DNA of 63,624 bases, counting the filler, from Licmophora abbreviata (lineage: Eukaryota), in NCBI GenBank assembly GCA_900291995.1. It is 10 parts of 10 records of this genome, joined end to end, with 100 filler letters (N's around TTAATTAATTAA, not from the genome) between each part and the next. Parts side by side here need not be neighbours in the genome. Positions count along the whole stretch, not along the records: positions 11,401 to 14,986 come from OLMU01004100.1; positions 15,087 to 16,115 come from OLMU01004101.1; positions 16,216 to 23,600 come from OLMU01004102.1; 7 more parts are not named here. One strand, 5' to 3'. The notes below the pieces were generated by a model. The model had not been told where the DNA came from, did no database searches, and saw only the letters and a program-made list of their open reading frames with translations. A program made the position numbers and the translations under genes. Numbering within the stretch: position 1 is the first letter of the stretch; each line of letters begins with the position of its first letter. Shown here piece by piece: positions 11,554-23,451 of this stretch.

Positions 11554-11931
11554 GGAGAGAACGCAAGAGGAAGGGCGTAAGGGTGGTATAATGTGGGAGA
11601 CGGCTCTTCCTTACGGTTTCGAACACAACACTGCTTGCTCATCAACTTCAAGTCTCATACGTATGAATAAAAAGGAAATAGTGATATACATTTAAATTTG
11701 AGACTGTGTGGTACCTCGCGAGGAGAGACGACGCTCGACGCCCTTTTACTGCGTCTGAACACTCGACTTCCAACAGATATTACCACCGCTCTTCTGCCTT
11801 ACGCCATCAACATCATTTAAACGCCCCGTCTATGATAGTTTTGACTTGTTTGCAACAAAGAATCATATCAGTAAAAGTCCAGGCTTCGTAGTTTAGAAGC
11901 TAGCTGCTACCGCCCACACTTACGACTGGTA

Positions 11932-12338
11932 CTATTGATGCACTGTCGGTAGCGGCTCCGCCGCAATAGTCTTCCATTGGTCGTCCCTTGCTGCTGCAGC
12001 ATTCCCCTCGTCCTCATCCTTCTCGTTGCTTTCTACCACACTGATGAGTACTACATTATCACCTCGAATGACATACAAGCCGAGCGGCACTTCCTCTGCG
12101 TCGTCGTCTCCGTTGCTGTAGATGCGCTCGGTAGCCTCTTGCAGTATCAGATTCTGGACCTGGTCGTGTCCCATCAATTGACCCACAATCGTGCGACCGT
12201 CGCATGTGACGACGAAAATGAATTCTGTGGGGATGAGGGAGAGAAGAAATGAGGTGGGCAGGAGACGTCGGCAAGGACATTAAAGCAAGTGGATGCAAAA
12301 AACTTACTCAGTTTCCAGTCTGCCAGTGTGGAAGCCAT
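11932..12338 (-). CDS. LSM8: U6 snRNA-associated Sm-like protein LSm8
   Basis: Spliced MASTLADWKLK/FIFVVTCDGRTIVGQLMGHDQVQNLIL..ERIYS..EEVPLGLYVIRGDNVV; GT-AG intron 12307-12225. Confidence 0.9.
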
Positions 12339-12791
12339 GATTATATTTTGGAGCGGGTCTTATTGTTCCGAGACTTTTCAAGGTCATCAATCGATAGGTC
12401 GGGAAAAGTTTACGCAGGGGTGGTAATTGTGACACAGAAACGGTCAAATCAAGGAGAAAGAGGCGCCGATGCGATCATACGGGGCATCATGGTCGCGATC
12501 GTCGATTTTTGTGTGGTCGAAATCTCGGAGGGGCGCCTGCCATGCGTCAGTCAAATGTCGGGACATTTTCCGTTTGACATTTGTTTCTTCGTCGCAACGA
12601 GAAGAACCCGACAAGAAGTAAAGTGTGTTCCCCACTCTAAGAGCTAGAGCAGTCGGAAACATTGTCGAACTATGAGGAGGAGTGACGAAGGATGTGCTAC
12701 GTTTGTCTTTGTGTTCTGCTCACTAGGAGAGACCGAGTTATGCAATGCCGTTGGTTGCTTTTACAATTCTTCTTTACTGGGGTGGATCGTT

Positions 12792-14334
12792 TCATAGATC
12801 GCTTATTGACCACGTTGCTACATTCATTTCGACCCTGTCCGAAAGCAATGGTGGATACAACCTGGGTGAGACGTGCGCCACGACGCACGCCAAAAATCGA
12901 AACACACCACCAGTTCTTCACCAAACAACACAAGATAACACTCACCATTCTTGAAATTTCGCCTCGGACAGACTCATGAGATAGGGCGGCGAATAGGCAA
13001 AAGCAATGTCATGTAACTTAAGAAGATCAAGTCGCGGCCGCAAACGAGACTCCAGACTGTATGCCAGCAACGAAGGCTGGTACAGGACAAACTCCCTCAA
13101 CTGTTCCAGCGTGAGCGATTCGCGCAAACACGCCACTGTAGGCTGCAAGTTGCTCTCGACGCTCAAACCGAGCACCTGTGGATAACTTCCAATCAAGTAG
13201 GAGAGCTCCACAACTGTAAGTTCCAGCTCCGTTTCCAGAAACGTTACTTTGGTGTCCAACAACTCCGGTCGCAACCAAAACACAGGAGGGAACTTTAGCA
13301 CAATCTCGCTCGCATCGGTTGGACGCGCGAGTTGTAAACGTTCCGCCAGGAACTGGAGTTTCGATCGTAGCACGCGGTCTATCGAGTGTGTCAATACTTG
13401 TGGGTACTTGCTCACAACACGCTGGATCCGTTCCGAGCTGCCCAATGTATGCAGAAAGTCGACCGTCGGGTGAACGTGTCCAGAGATAGAATAGGAAACA
13501 AGCATGGTCGACAGCAGTATCATGCGCGCAATCTCGCGGGGCGACAGTAGCAACTCAGATTCAAAGTAGTCCACCATGCTGTTTCACTTGGCGATCTGAT
13601 AGTTGATTACCTGTGGCCGTACTACTAGGAGTTTCTGAATCTGATCGTCCGTCATGAGCAATCGGTCTCGCAAAATATGGATGAGCTGCCGAAGATGAGA
13701 GCGTGTCCAACGATGCGGGAACGCACCCTTCTGGTGGCACATACGATTCCACTGAGACTCTGTTAGTCCAATAAGTGCTTCCAGAATCTGTTGTAGCGTC
13801 TGCAGAGCAATATACCGATGCCTCAAGTGTAAGATGGCGTGACCCCATGAAGACTGACGGTCGGTTTGGTTGATGTCGGAAAACTCACCGCAACATTTGT
13901 CGACTGCAATGCCATTGCCAGCAACACAGGGTGACACTCCACCATGGTAGCGAGACGTGAAGTCTTTATTCTCCCTCTAGATTGCAGCCATCCCGCAAGA
14001 GTAGTATCGTCTTCGCCGTCGTCACACCGATCCTGAAATCGCAACACCGCGTCGATCAAATCTGGACAAGAACAGAACGACTTTTCAATCGCTTCCGTGA
14101 CTGGAAGCTTCCATGCCTCGCAAAGCTGTACTGTAGCCTCCGTTGCGCGATCTCTTGGGCCGCGTCTTTTCTGGCATGCTGCAGGAGACCACGGCGTGAT
14201 TGGCGTGCGCCGCCGTATGCGAGTCCATCAGGTGATGATAATGATGATGATGGAAAGCCAATGTTGAAGCAAAGGACGGCTGGTAAGAAAATCAAAGCAG
14301 AAATCAACCGTTCTATCCACCTCCGCAATGACAT
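12792..14334 (-). CDS. mTERF-repeat protein, probably plastid-targeted; disrupted in this assembly by a frameshift near 14140 and an in-frame TGA at 13584-13586
   Basis: mTERF repeats KYPQVLTHS, KFPPVFW, SYPQVLGLSVESNLQP, YQPSLLAYSLESRLRPR; N-terminal signal VLC-F; GT-AG introns starting near 13888 and 12945. Confidence 0.7.
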
Positions 14335-14942
14335 TCTATTCCTGCGCTTGCTATAATAATAATAAGCCCTCCATCATTGCTTTACAGTGTTGTCTCGAAC
14401 GGATGTGTGATTGTCAACTGTGTTGATGAAGCGCGAAAAGAAAGGTTCAGTTTTGGAACAGAAAGTTGTTTGACTCCTTCGACTATATTGGTGCGTTCTC
14501 GTGCGTCGCGAGCGCACACAACGCTACCTGGTATGTATCATACTACACGAGCAGAGGGTTCACAGAATCTCCGTTCGTTCTTGTGCCGTGCTGAGGGGTT
14601 CGACTTGCTTCAAGTCATTCAGACGATCCTGTGAGTGTATTACAACACAAAGAGGATGCCAGTGAAAAGAAATTTGCTATCGAATGGGACGAACAAAGGC
14701 GAATGGATCATGACGGCCTCGCGGCTGTGATTTGTTGAAGGAATTCGGAATTTACGTGATCAGCACCTGTGACACACTCCAATAAGGGAAAGAAGACAAG
14801 GAAGTTTACTCTTGCTCACACGTTCTCTCCGTGTACTCTCGTTTCCTCTCTCGTATCATAGGCACTCACCAGTGTCATCTTACACCGGGATCCTGCAGCC
14901 AACTTTCAAGCAGTGTCTCATCCGTAGTTAGGCAATCACAGT

Positions 14943-15311
14943 ATGGTCCACTTGGACGGTCACGAATTGGCCATTTTGGGTACCATNNNNNNNNNNNNNN
15001 NNNNNNNNNNNNNNNNNNNNNNNNNNNNNNTTAATTAATTAANNNNNNNNNNNNNNNNNNNNNNNNNNNNNNNNNNNNNNNNNNNNACCATCTCGGGTAC
15101 TGCCTCGGTCATGCAAGCCACACTGGGCAAAGGCTGGTTCAAACGATTCATCCATACACAACCTATTCCAGCCATGAGTGTCGTCTTGGGATTGGTGGGA
15201 ATCGGCATGCCTCTGGTCGTTGTTCCGATCCGACGAGCGATCGGGCTTCCCACCAACCAATACGATGCAACGCATCCGAATGTCAAGTTTCCAGCCTATG
15301 TAGATCCCTAG
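14943..15311 (+). CDS. Small single-TM protein resembling mitochondrial complex I NDUFA3/9.5-kDa subunit (spans a false gap)
   Basis: HTQPIPAMSVVLGLVGIGMPLVVVPIRRAIGLPT; contig ends overlap by ACCAT and merge in frame from ATG 14943. Confidence 0.55.
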
Positions 15312-15476
15312 TGGTGACGAGTGCGATGGAATATAAGCATGTAAAAGAGTATATCTCTTTATTGGAGGTGGAGTGCCTTCACTTTAGCGGATAATAACAG
15401 CTGTATTGACTGCAACTTATAGGCTCATTGTTGAATCCAGATAGAGGAATACAGTCTTGCAGCACCGTAGCATCAT

Positions 15477-15845
15477 CTACCACAATAAGAAGGGTATTCG
15501 TATTCTGGTCCACAATACATAGAGCACCACTGTATAGAAGAATACAACTGAAATCATCAGATACAATCGTTCCTTTTGCTTTTGTCGTTCCAACTGCGTC
15601 AACGCCCCCTTTGCCCCCTTGACAGTATCCTTCATTTCATGGTGATGTGTTTTCGTGTCTCCCAATACTCTCGAATCCTGTTCAATGGCTTGGGATACAT
15701 GAGAGACTCGTTCTAGTTCGTGATGCAGCAAATTTTGAGTCCTGCGGAGGGATTGAGTAATGGAACGAGCGTCGTCGGCAGTGCTGCTGTTGGCCTGCTG
15801 AGAGGAGGACGACTTTGGACGGCGACGGGTGCTGGAAGCATTCAT
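15477..15845 (-). CDS. SEC20: Sec20/BNIP1 ER SNARE
   Basis: ITQSLRRTQNLLHHELER coiled coil and C-terminal TM helix FFYTVVLYVLWTRI. Confidence 0.8.
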   Translation of the reverse strand: MNASSTRRRPKSSSSQQANSSTADDARSITQSLRRTQNLLHHELERVSHVSQAIEQDSRVLGDTKTHHHEMKDTVKGAKGALTQLERQKQKERLYLMISVVFFYTVVLYVLWTRIRIPFLLW

Positions 15846-16553
15846 ACTGAGAGAGAGAGAGTCTTCTTGCAGTCGATCCGAGATTGATTCAGAAAGTTTT
15901 TAGAAACACGATGGTATGTTGAAACGCAACGAATTAAGTGCGAACGAGGAGAGACAGCAAGGCATCACTGAGGACCGACAAAGCACGGCCGTTTGATGAT
16001 CATGGTCATCCTCCAACATAAATTTGGAACTTCCAATAGCGTGCGGTCGGGACACAGACGGAGCCTTTTCTCGTTGTGACCAGTTCGACTCGACATCGGA
16101 TCCAATGCCAAGGATNNNNNNNNNNNNNNNNNNNNNNNNNNNNNNNNNNNNNNNNNNNNTTAATTAATTAANNNNNNNNNNNNNNNNNNNNNNNNNNNNN
16201 NNNNNNNNNNNNNNNCGCTCTTTCGTTTAAGTTTTGTTTATCCTCGATACTGATGATGTGTATTAGTTGAATCACCTTCGCGATTCCATATGGTCATTCG
16301 TTTTTTAGCATACGCGACCGAAGGTGTTTCAAGGGTATCCAACCTCTTCTACCGATATAGGTATTCCCACCAATCCCAATTTTTCAGCGATTCTTCCAGT
16401 CAACACGCAAGAGTCGGCGTCATTTGAATAATGTCAAGAGGATATTAGCGAAGCCTTCGCTAAGTAAAACTGCCTTTTGCGAACACCATCGCCACAGAAA
16501 AGATTTTGTTCCGACTCACAACTCACAAGAGCGAGGTGCTGCAGTCTGTGACC

Positions 16554-18300
16554 ATGATGTTTCTCAAGTCCGCTTTCGTCGCTCTGTTGGCGCTCACTTC
16601 GGTGTCCGCGAAGGCCTTCCGCAAGCGTGATGCCTTCTTGAAGGCCATGCAGGGTCCTCCGAGTGCTGCCAAGACGCTTCGCGGAAAATCAGAGGCTCGC
16701 CGACAGCTGTACCGGAATATCGTCGCCAAGGGCCGTCATGTAGGGGGACGCCAGCTCAACGACCAGGGCGACGGCTTCGGCTTCGACGTGTCTCAGTACT
16801 CTCTCAAGTACACCGGCTGTGCTTCTATCGACACGTACTCGGACGAAATGGCCGAACAGGAGGATGTCACTTCCGTCTTGGCAAAACAGCGATTCGTCAC
16901 TCTGCGACTCTGTCCCAGCAACTCCTGCAACAAGTACAGCGTCAATGGATGCGGATCGGACTACAGTGAGATCCTTGTCGACATGTATGATTACCTCGAA
17001 GCCGTGTCGCGTTACACCGAAGAGGTCCAGGAACGCTACTGCCAGTACTGTGAGCGTTGCTACGAGGCGGAGGAAACTAGCTCCAATGGTCGTCAATTGG
17101 ACGGAACTCAGTCCTCGCAGCCCGACTTCGATGCTGATGCAGACTGCGAAGATCTCTGCGGTGACTACTACTACAACAGCAGTGGCTGTGACATGCGTGA
17201 TGAGGATGAAAGTGGAACGCAGCAGCAGCAAGAAGAGGAGGAACTCGATGTCTCCCAGTTCTTCATGTGCAGTATGTACGGAGAGGAAGATGAAAGTAGT
17301 ACGAGCAATACCGGTAGCTACTGGAGCGACTGGGAAGGAGACGACAATGATTACTACATCAGTCCCATTTGCGATTCTGATGGATACAGCATTACCTTTG
17401 GCGTCTTTGGCGATGAGTTCTGTTCCACGAAAGTTCAAAACGGCAAGTCCTTCTATGCTGTGACCGGCTTGAATATTTCCGACTTTGACTTGGATGCGTA
17501 TACTCCCCAGGAGTGCGTCTCGTGTGTCGAAAGCGTAAGTTATTGATGTAGAGTCAATTTGGGGGGGGTTGGTCTTTTGAGTTGCACTAACATCACACAC
17601 TTCGTGCTGCTTTCTTTTCTTTTACTGTCGACGCAGCGCGACGATTGGGAATTCCAGGAAGACTCCTCGAGCAATGGCGGCGGCAACCAGCAGCAGAATG
17701 AAGCAGACGAAATCTCTGAAATGTGTCAGCAGGTATGGGAGTCCGGTGCCAAGTGCAACAAGAACTTCAAGGCCTCCCAGAGCAGCTACAACTATATGGT
17801 ACGTACAACAACTACAATTGCCGAGTCACTACACAGCACACGTGATGTTAAAAACTTACTTTCGTATCCTTTTTCCTCCTCTACAGGGCTGGTACGAAAA
17901 TAGCGCTTACCAGGAACTTGTCTGTGACTACATTGGCATGCTCGTCGATGGAGACTACAATGAAGGAGGAACGATTACCGTCGACGCCAACCTATGGCAG
18001 TTCAACACTTCAAACTGGAAGAACAAGACCGAGTACCTCAAGGAAGGCCAAGTCCTGTACTCTGCCGCCCGCTCGAATGTCTCCACTGGACGTATTTTCG
18101 GCCTGATTGTTTCGTCCGTGGCAGTCTTTGTCATGCTCATCTGGGCGTGCTGCCTCCACGGCGCCCTCCTCCGAACCAGTGGCGACTGGAAGCCGCGTCG
18201 CAGCAAGCAGACGTACACGGATCCGGACTCTGTCTCTCGACAGAACTCGGGCATTGTGTTGGGACGTTCACTCAGCGAAAAGGAAAATCCTCTCATCTAA
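16554..18300 (+). CDS. Divergent silicanin-family type-I membrane protein
   Basis: Signal peptide, RQL motifs, YSLKYTGC..RFVTLRLCPSNSC..GC..DYSEILVDMYDYL, YYISPIC, C-x-S-C, TM helix and SRQNSGIVLGRS tail; introns 17535-17636 and 17799-17886. Confidence 0.75.
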
Positions 18301-18568
18301 ATGGGGAGTGAGTGGGTGACTTGTTCCGTTTTTTGTGCAAGAATGGTTCTTCCGTTAGGTAGTACATTGGCCACTGGCAATTCGATATTTGTTTTTTCTT
18401 GTGTTTCTTTATTACAGTATTACTAGTTCACGTACTTCAACAACAACAACTAGTACTACTACTACTACTACTTGATCACCAGAATGTCTATTTGCAAGGA
18501 GTGTTGTGTTGTGTTGCGTTGTGTTGCGTTGTCTATCCATGACGGTGTATTGTTGATTCGACGTAACA

Positions 18569-19297
18569 TCACACAGTAGGTCTCCCAGCAATACTGACAA
18601 GATTGATGCAGTATCGGTTTCCCTTTCGATCCGGAAGGTCATGTCCCAAATGCGTTCCATCGACACTGACCGTTTCCCCCGAGTTTTTCAAGACACGCAC
18701 ATTGTCCCACACCACCTCATCGTCTCGAAAGGAGGGCCACCCATGCACCCGACTCTCTTCGAGAAAGTCTTGGACACTCCGATGAATCGGAGCGACAAAC
18801 AAGGGCTTTCCCGTGTTGCTATCGTAAAAGGTGACAGGCTGTCCATCATTATCATTACTGGCTCGCAGCATGGTCTCTTCCAAGGTGGTTTCTTGAAAGT
18901 ATCCCGCCAGTTCGGCAAAGTGACGATTGTAGTTGGAGATCCGATCTGCAAGTTTGTTGGAAACGCCGTACTGAAGATCGGCCTGGACGGGCGTATTGCT
19001 ACTCCCGTGTGCCTTTGGATCCATAATGGACTCGTCGCCGAATTGAATTTTGCCTCCGGGCGCTACTGCAGCGGATGCGGGAGACGCAGACGACGAAGAT
19101 GACACAATGGTTGCTGCTGCTGCTGCTGCTGCAATTGAATTAGTGAAAAAGGTGCGGCGGTCGGTGGGAGTAGTGGTGGATGCGTCTCGTGATGGTAGTA
19201 GTCCAAAGGCAGCAGCATCCGCCATGAGGATGAAGGACAGTCCACTGGAGGAGAGGAGCGCCAAGCTCAGGACTGCATGAGAACAGCAAGTCTTCAT
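18569..19297 (-). CDS. msrB: Methionine-R-sulfoxide reductase (MsrB/SelR)-like protein with plastid and twin-arginine presequence
   Basis: HGWPSF, THLGH and RYCIN motifs; signal AAA-F followed by DRRTFF, a hydrophobic stretch and ASA. Confidence 0.75.
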   Translation of the reverse strand: MKTCCSHAVLSLALLSSSGLSFILMADAAAFGLLPSRDASTTTPTDRRTFFTNSIAAAAAAATIVSSSSSASPASAAVAPGGKIQFGDESIMDPKAHGSSNTPVQADLQYGVSNKLADRISNYNRHFAELAGYFQETTLEETMLRASNDNDGQPVTFYDSNTGKPLFVAPIHRSVQDFLEESRVHGWPSFRDDEVVWDNVRVLKNSGETVSVDGTHLGHDLPDRKGNRYCINLVSIAGRPTV

Positions 19298-19698
19298 GGT
19301 GGAACGAATTTATTGTAACTCTAGAGGAGGTTCATAGAAAGTGAGAGGAGGAGCGGCTTCTTGTGAGCGCTCTCATCATCGCTATGGCGTCAGTCATCAC
19401 ATTCGCGCGTGTCATCAGACTATGTTTCGTCGCGCCAAATCATCCTTCGACGAATGAGTCATCCCTCGGAGTTCTCATGATACGTCACGTGTCTTAAATA
19501 TATCGTGTCGCAAGTGACAAACCCCAAACAAAAACAAAAAGTGAAAACTACAAAACTAGCGCCACGCGACGACGACGATGACGAAGAAGAAAAAGATACA
19601 ATAGTGGCACATGAACGATGTCTCACTGTTCTACACAATCCTACCTTGATCAGTGTAATACAGCAGTACAGTCAGAACTTCAGTATACTCGATAAGCA

Positions 19699-21826
19699 AT
19701 GAAGCTACCTACCGTCTCCTGCTTGGCGGTGGCTTATTTACACTGGATGCCAACATCTTTTGTGTCTTCGTTTACGACACATCACTTGGGACACTCATCA
19801 TCCTTTCAAAGTACTTCTACTACTACCGCTGTCTTGCTGCACAGTACACCAACGAAAGATAGCAGCAGTAGTGCGGAATTGACAAAGTCAAACGAACAAA
19901 CGACGCCTAAATCCAAGACGCAACGCATCATGGAACAGACGTCGTCGTCTGGACAGTAAGTGCATGTGATTGTAGATTTCGTACTTTCTGTCGGGATCTC
20001 TTTTTTTTGTGGTGGTGCGTGGCATTCCTATCTTACATATTTCTAAATCTCTGCACGTTATTCTTAGAACGGGTGGTGCTGGAGGATCCTCCACCTACGA
20101 TGCCTTCCTTCGTGCCGAACAGAATTGGTCTCGTCTCAAGACTATGAAAGCCTTTCACTATGATCCGAAACTACTACGCTCCACCACAGACGCCACTACA
20201 CTGCCTCCTTCGTTTGTCACTCAAGATGGTGCCGCGGGGAATCCCAGGTGCTGGACCAAACTGCGAGAGGAGCTATCGGATGGCTCCCTCGATTACGATG
20301 TCGTTCTCTGCGGTGGGACGCTCGGGATCTTCTTTGCCCTCGCGCTTCAACAATACGGACACTCGGTCTGTGTCTTGGAAGCTGGCAAGCTGCAGGGTCG
20401 AGAGCAGGAGTGGAATATTAGTAGGAAGGAATTGGAGGAACTGATGGAACTCGGTGTACTCACAGAACAAGATATGGACGCCATTATTACGACCGAGTTT
20501 CCGGCCTGTCGGAGTGGCTTTAAGAACAAGGAAGTGACGCCCCTCGAAGGTGGGTACTTGGAAAACAAGATTGGCTATGAGTGTGAGACTCCGGATGTCT
20601 TGAATTTAGGAGTGGCGCCTAAAGTCTTACTGGAACGGGTCGCACAGCGGTTTCGAGACAATGGAGGGACGATTCTGGAAGAGACGCGGCTGCAGGGAGT
20701 GGCCGTGTCGGAATCCATGGGGGCGGCACTCGACTTGGGAGAGGGAGAGGAGCCTATTACGTCTCGACTGGTACTCGATTGTATGGGCAATGCATCGCCC
20801 ATTTCGAGGCAGCAGAGATATGGAATGAAACCGGATGGAGTCTGTGCCGTGGTGGGGTCGTGTGCGGCGGGCTTTGACAAGGAAACCAATCTGATTGGAG
20901 ACATTATTTACACCAACTCGGAAATCCAAGACAAGGGCGAAAACGGAAAACTGCAATATTTTTGGGAAGCCTTTCCTGTCGGAATTGGGCGAAATGGACA
21001 AGAGCCTGGCACGAGCGACGTCAAGACAACGTACATGTTTACGTACATGGACGCCGATGAAAAGCGGCCGTCGTTGGAAATGCTCATGGAGGACTACTGG
21101 GACTTACTGCCGATCTATCAGCCTTCGATTCAAGATCCGGAACGGGATCTGGATGTCAAGCGCGTTCTTTTCGCGTACTTTCCCACGTACCGGGACTCTC
21201 CCTTGCAGCCTTCGTGGAATCGCGTGCTGGCGGTGGGCGATGCCTCTGGCATTCAAAGTCCGTTGAGCTTTGGAGGCTTTGGTGCGTTGACTCGACATTT
21301 GGATCGAATCTCGGGAGCCATCAACGAAGCTTTGGAAAACGACTGCCTCCATAAGGATGATCTTGCAGAGATTAACGCGTACACTCCCAATCTGAGTGCT
21401 GCGTGGATGTTTCAAAAGGCAATGTCGGTGCGAATGGGACAGAACGTCGACCCCAAGTTTGTCAATCGACTGCTGGCGAACAACTTTGAAATCATGGACA
21501 ACATGGGTATGCGAACGATCAAGCCGTTCCTCCAAGACGTCATTCGCTTTGACGGTTTGCTCGGAAGTCTGGCCCGTAGCTTCGTCAGCGACCCGTTGTT
21601 TATGCCAGAAATTGTCGGCCATGTAGGCATCCCGGCTCTGGTGGACTGGCTGGGACATGTGTCGATGATGGCACTGTACAGTGTTCTTCACTCAACTGTG
21701 ACACCGGTGGCCACACCATTTGTCGACAAGATGGAGAATCCGCGCGAACGCTTCCTGTGGCGACGGCGGATGGAGGCATGGAAGTATGGTAGCGGCAGCG
21801 ACTACATTTTGCCAGAAGAGAACTAA
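19699..21826 (+). CDS. cruP: CruP/CruA-family FAD-dependent oxidoreductase (lycopene-cyclase-like), plastid-targeted
   Basis: DVVLCGGTLG, GREQEWNISRKEL, QYFWEAFP, TTYMFTY, GDASGIQSPLSFGGFGALTRHL, WKYGSGSDY; presequence VSS-F; intron 19956-20067. Confidence 0.8.
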
Positions 21827-22020
21827 GCGTAGTAACACTTATCTATAGATCGTACACCTACTCAATAGAATCGAGCTAGATTTGTGTGGCTACGTATCCA
21901 TGTTTCATGCTTGAGAGTTGATTGCAACATCTATCTGGTTAATCTACGTCAGCTAGCGCAAGTCTCGCGCAACACTACAGCGTTCCAAACGCTGCACGGG
22001 CGACAGCACTTCTAAACTAG

Positions 22021-22995
22021 CTAACACTCATAGAGAGTGCCGATCTCTTGAAAGATCTGTCGAATTTCAGGTGGACACGATGATGATTCAGTAGGCCTCG
22101 GGATCACATTGGGCTGTTTGTCTTTCTCGTTCATCGTAGAGGACGAGTCGGAATCTACAATGCGGGGAAGAGAAAGAGATCGAAATGCGTCGTCGTCGTC
22201 CAGGGGCAAGTCATCCGCTTGAGAATCCTCGTCCACAATCAGTGGAGAGATAACGCCTGCATTACTGGAACCCTCATCCACCACCACCATCATGACGTCA
22301 TTCGGGAAGGAGGCACTGCAAGGTGTCGGCGTGGATCGCTCGTCACTCCACGTTCGTTGCTTTGTCGAGTCGGATCGCGACTCGTGTCCATCAGGGGCTC
22401 GTCGTGGCGTTGACTTCAAAGCCGAATGATGACCGACCAATATGGGGACCTTATCCAACTTCAACTTGGGTCGTTTCACCTGCACGTATACAGGACGCTG
22501 AAAGAAATTCTTCAAGCCGCCGGACGGCGACAAGTCCTGCTGGGTAGTAGAATCCTGACCGGACGATGACGAGACTGGTGTCACTGGACGAGCCGAAGTT
22601 AGCTTGACCGGAACGTACGCAGCATTCTTGTCGACACTAATCACTTTGGAGTTTTCCTGTGCACTCTGTAAAGACGACATGCGATCTTCCTTTTCGTCTT
22701 GTGGTGAGGGAACGGTGACGTTGGTAGGCGACGACGACCCGCTGTGTGCAATCATACTGATCGGCGACGCCATGTTTGGTTTCTTTGTGACAGCAGTAGG
22801 AATCGAATCCTCATCATTCTCCATTGCCATCACCGGTTCTCCTTGACGCTGTTTCGAAAGCTCTTCTTCTGCTTTCGATGACTCGATGACATTGGAGCTC
22901 TCCTCCGTAGTAGACTCGTCCTCTGTGTCGTTTACTGGAACGGAGGACTCATCCTCCTGCACATCACCTATTTGACCATGCTGTTGTCGCTGCCG

Positions 22996-23032
<37 letters not shown>

Positions 23033-23419
23033 CCCATGAGGCGTTCATGAACCTGCAGAGCACCGAGGACATGGAGCTCCACTGCTCTTCGTTGTTGCAA
23101 TTTGGGTTCCACAGCACTTTCATCATTGCCGCGCAACATTAGTTTCTTCACCTGTCGAATAAGAACCTTGCGTTCCGCGCGAGCTTGTTGCAAGCGACGG
23201 TCGAGAGAAGAGCATTGGTGTTGGAGTGTGCGCACTTGGTGTTCGGCTACTTCGGCACGGTGGGTGGCAGTGTGACAAACTTGATGGGCGTGCTGGACAT
23301 CGGATACCAAGATATCGGCCTCTTGGGATGCCAGGGAGGCATGTTCCGATACCATTTGGGCGGCGTCGTCGAGTGATGCAAGTAGTACTGCTAACATATC
23401 AGCATGGCAGTTGTCGTCG

Positions 23420-23451
<32 letters not shown>

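Noticed and set aside
12249..12979. Short ORFs between LSM8 and mTERF, and similar 60-130 aa ORFs in other intergenic regions
   Set aside because: They have no motifs, often start at non-ATG codons, and overlap promoters, UTRs or introns.
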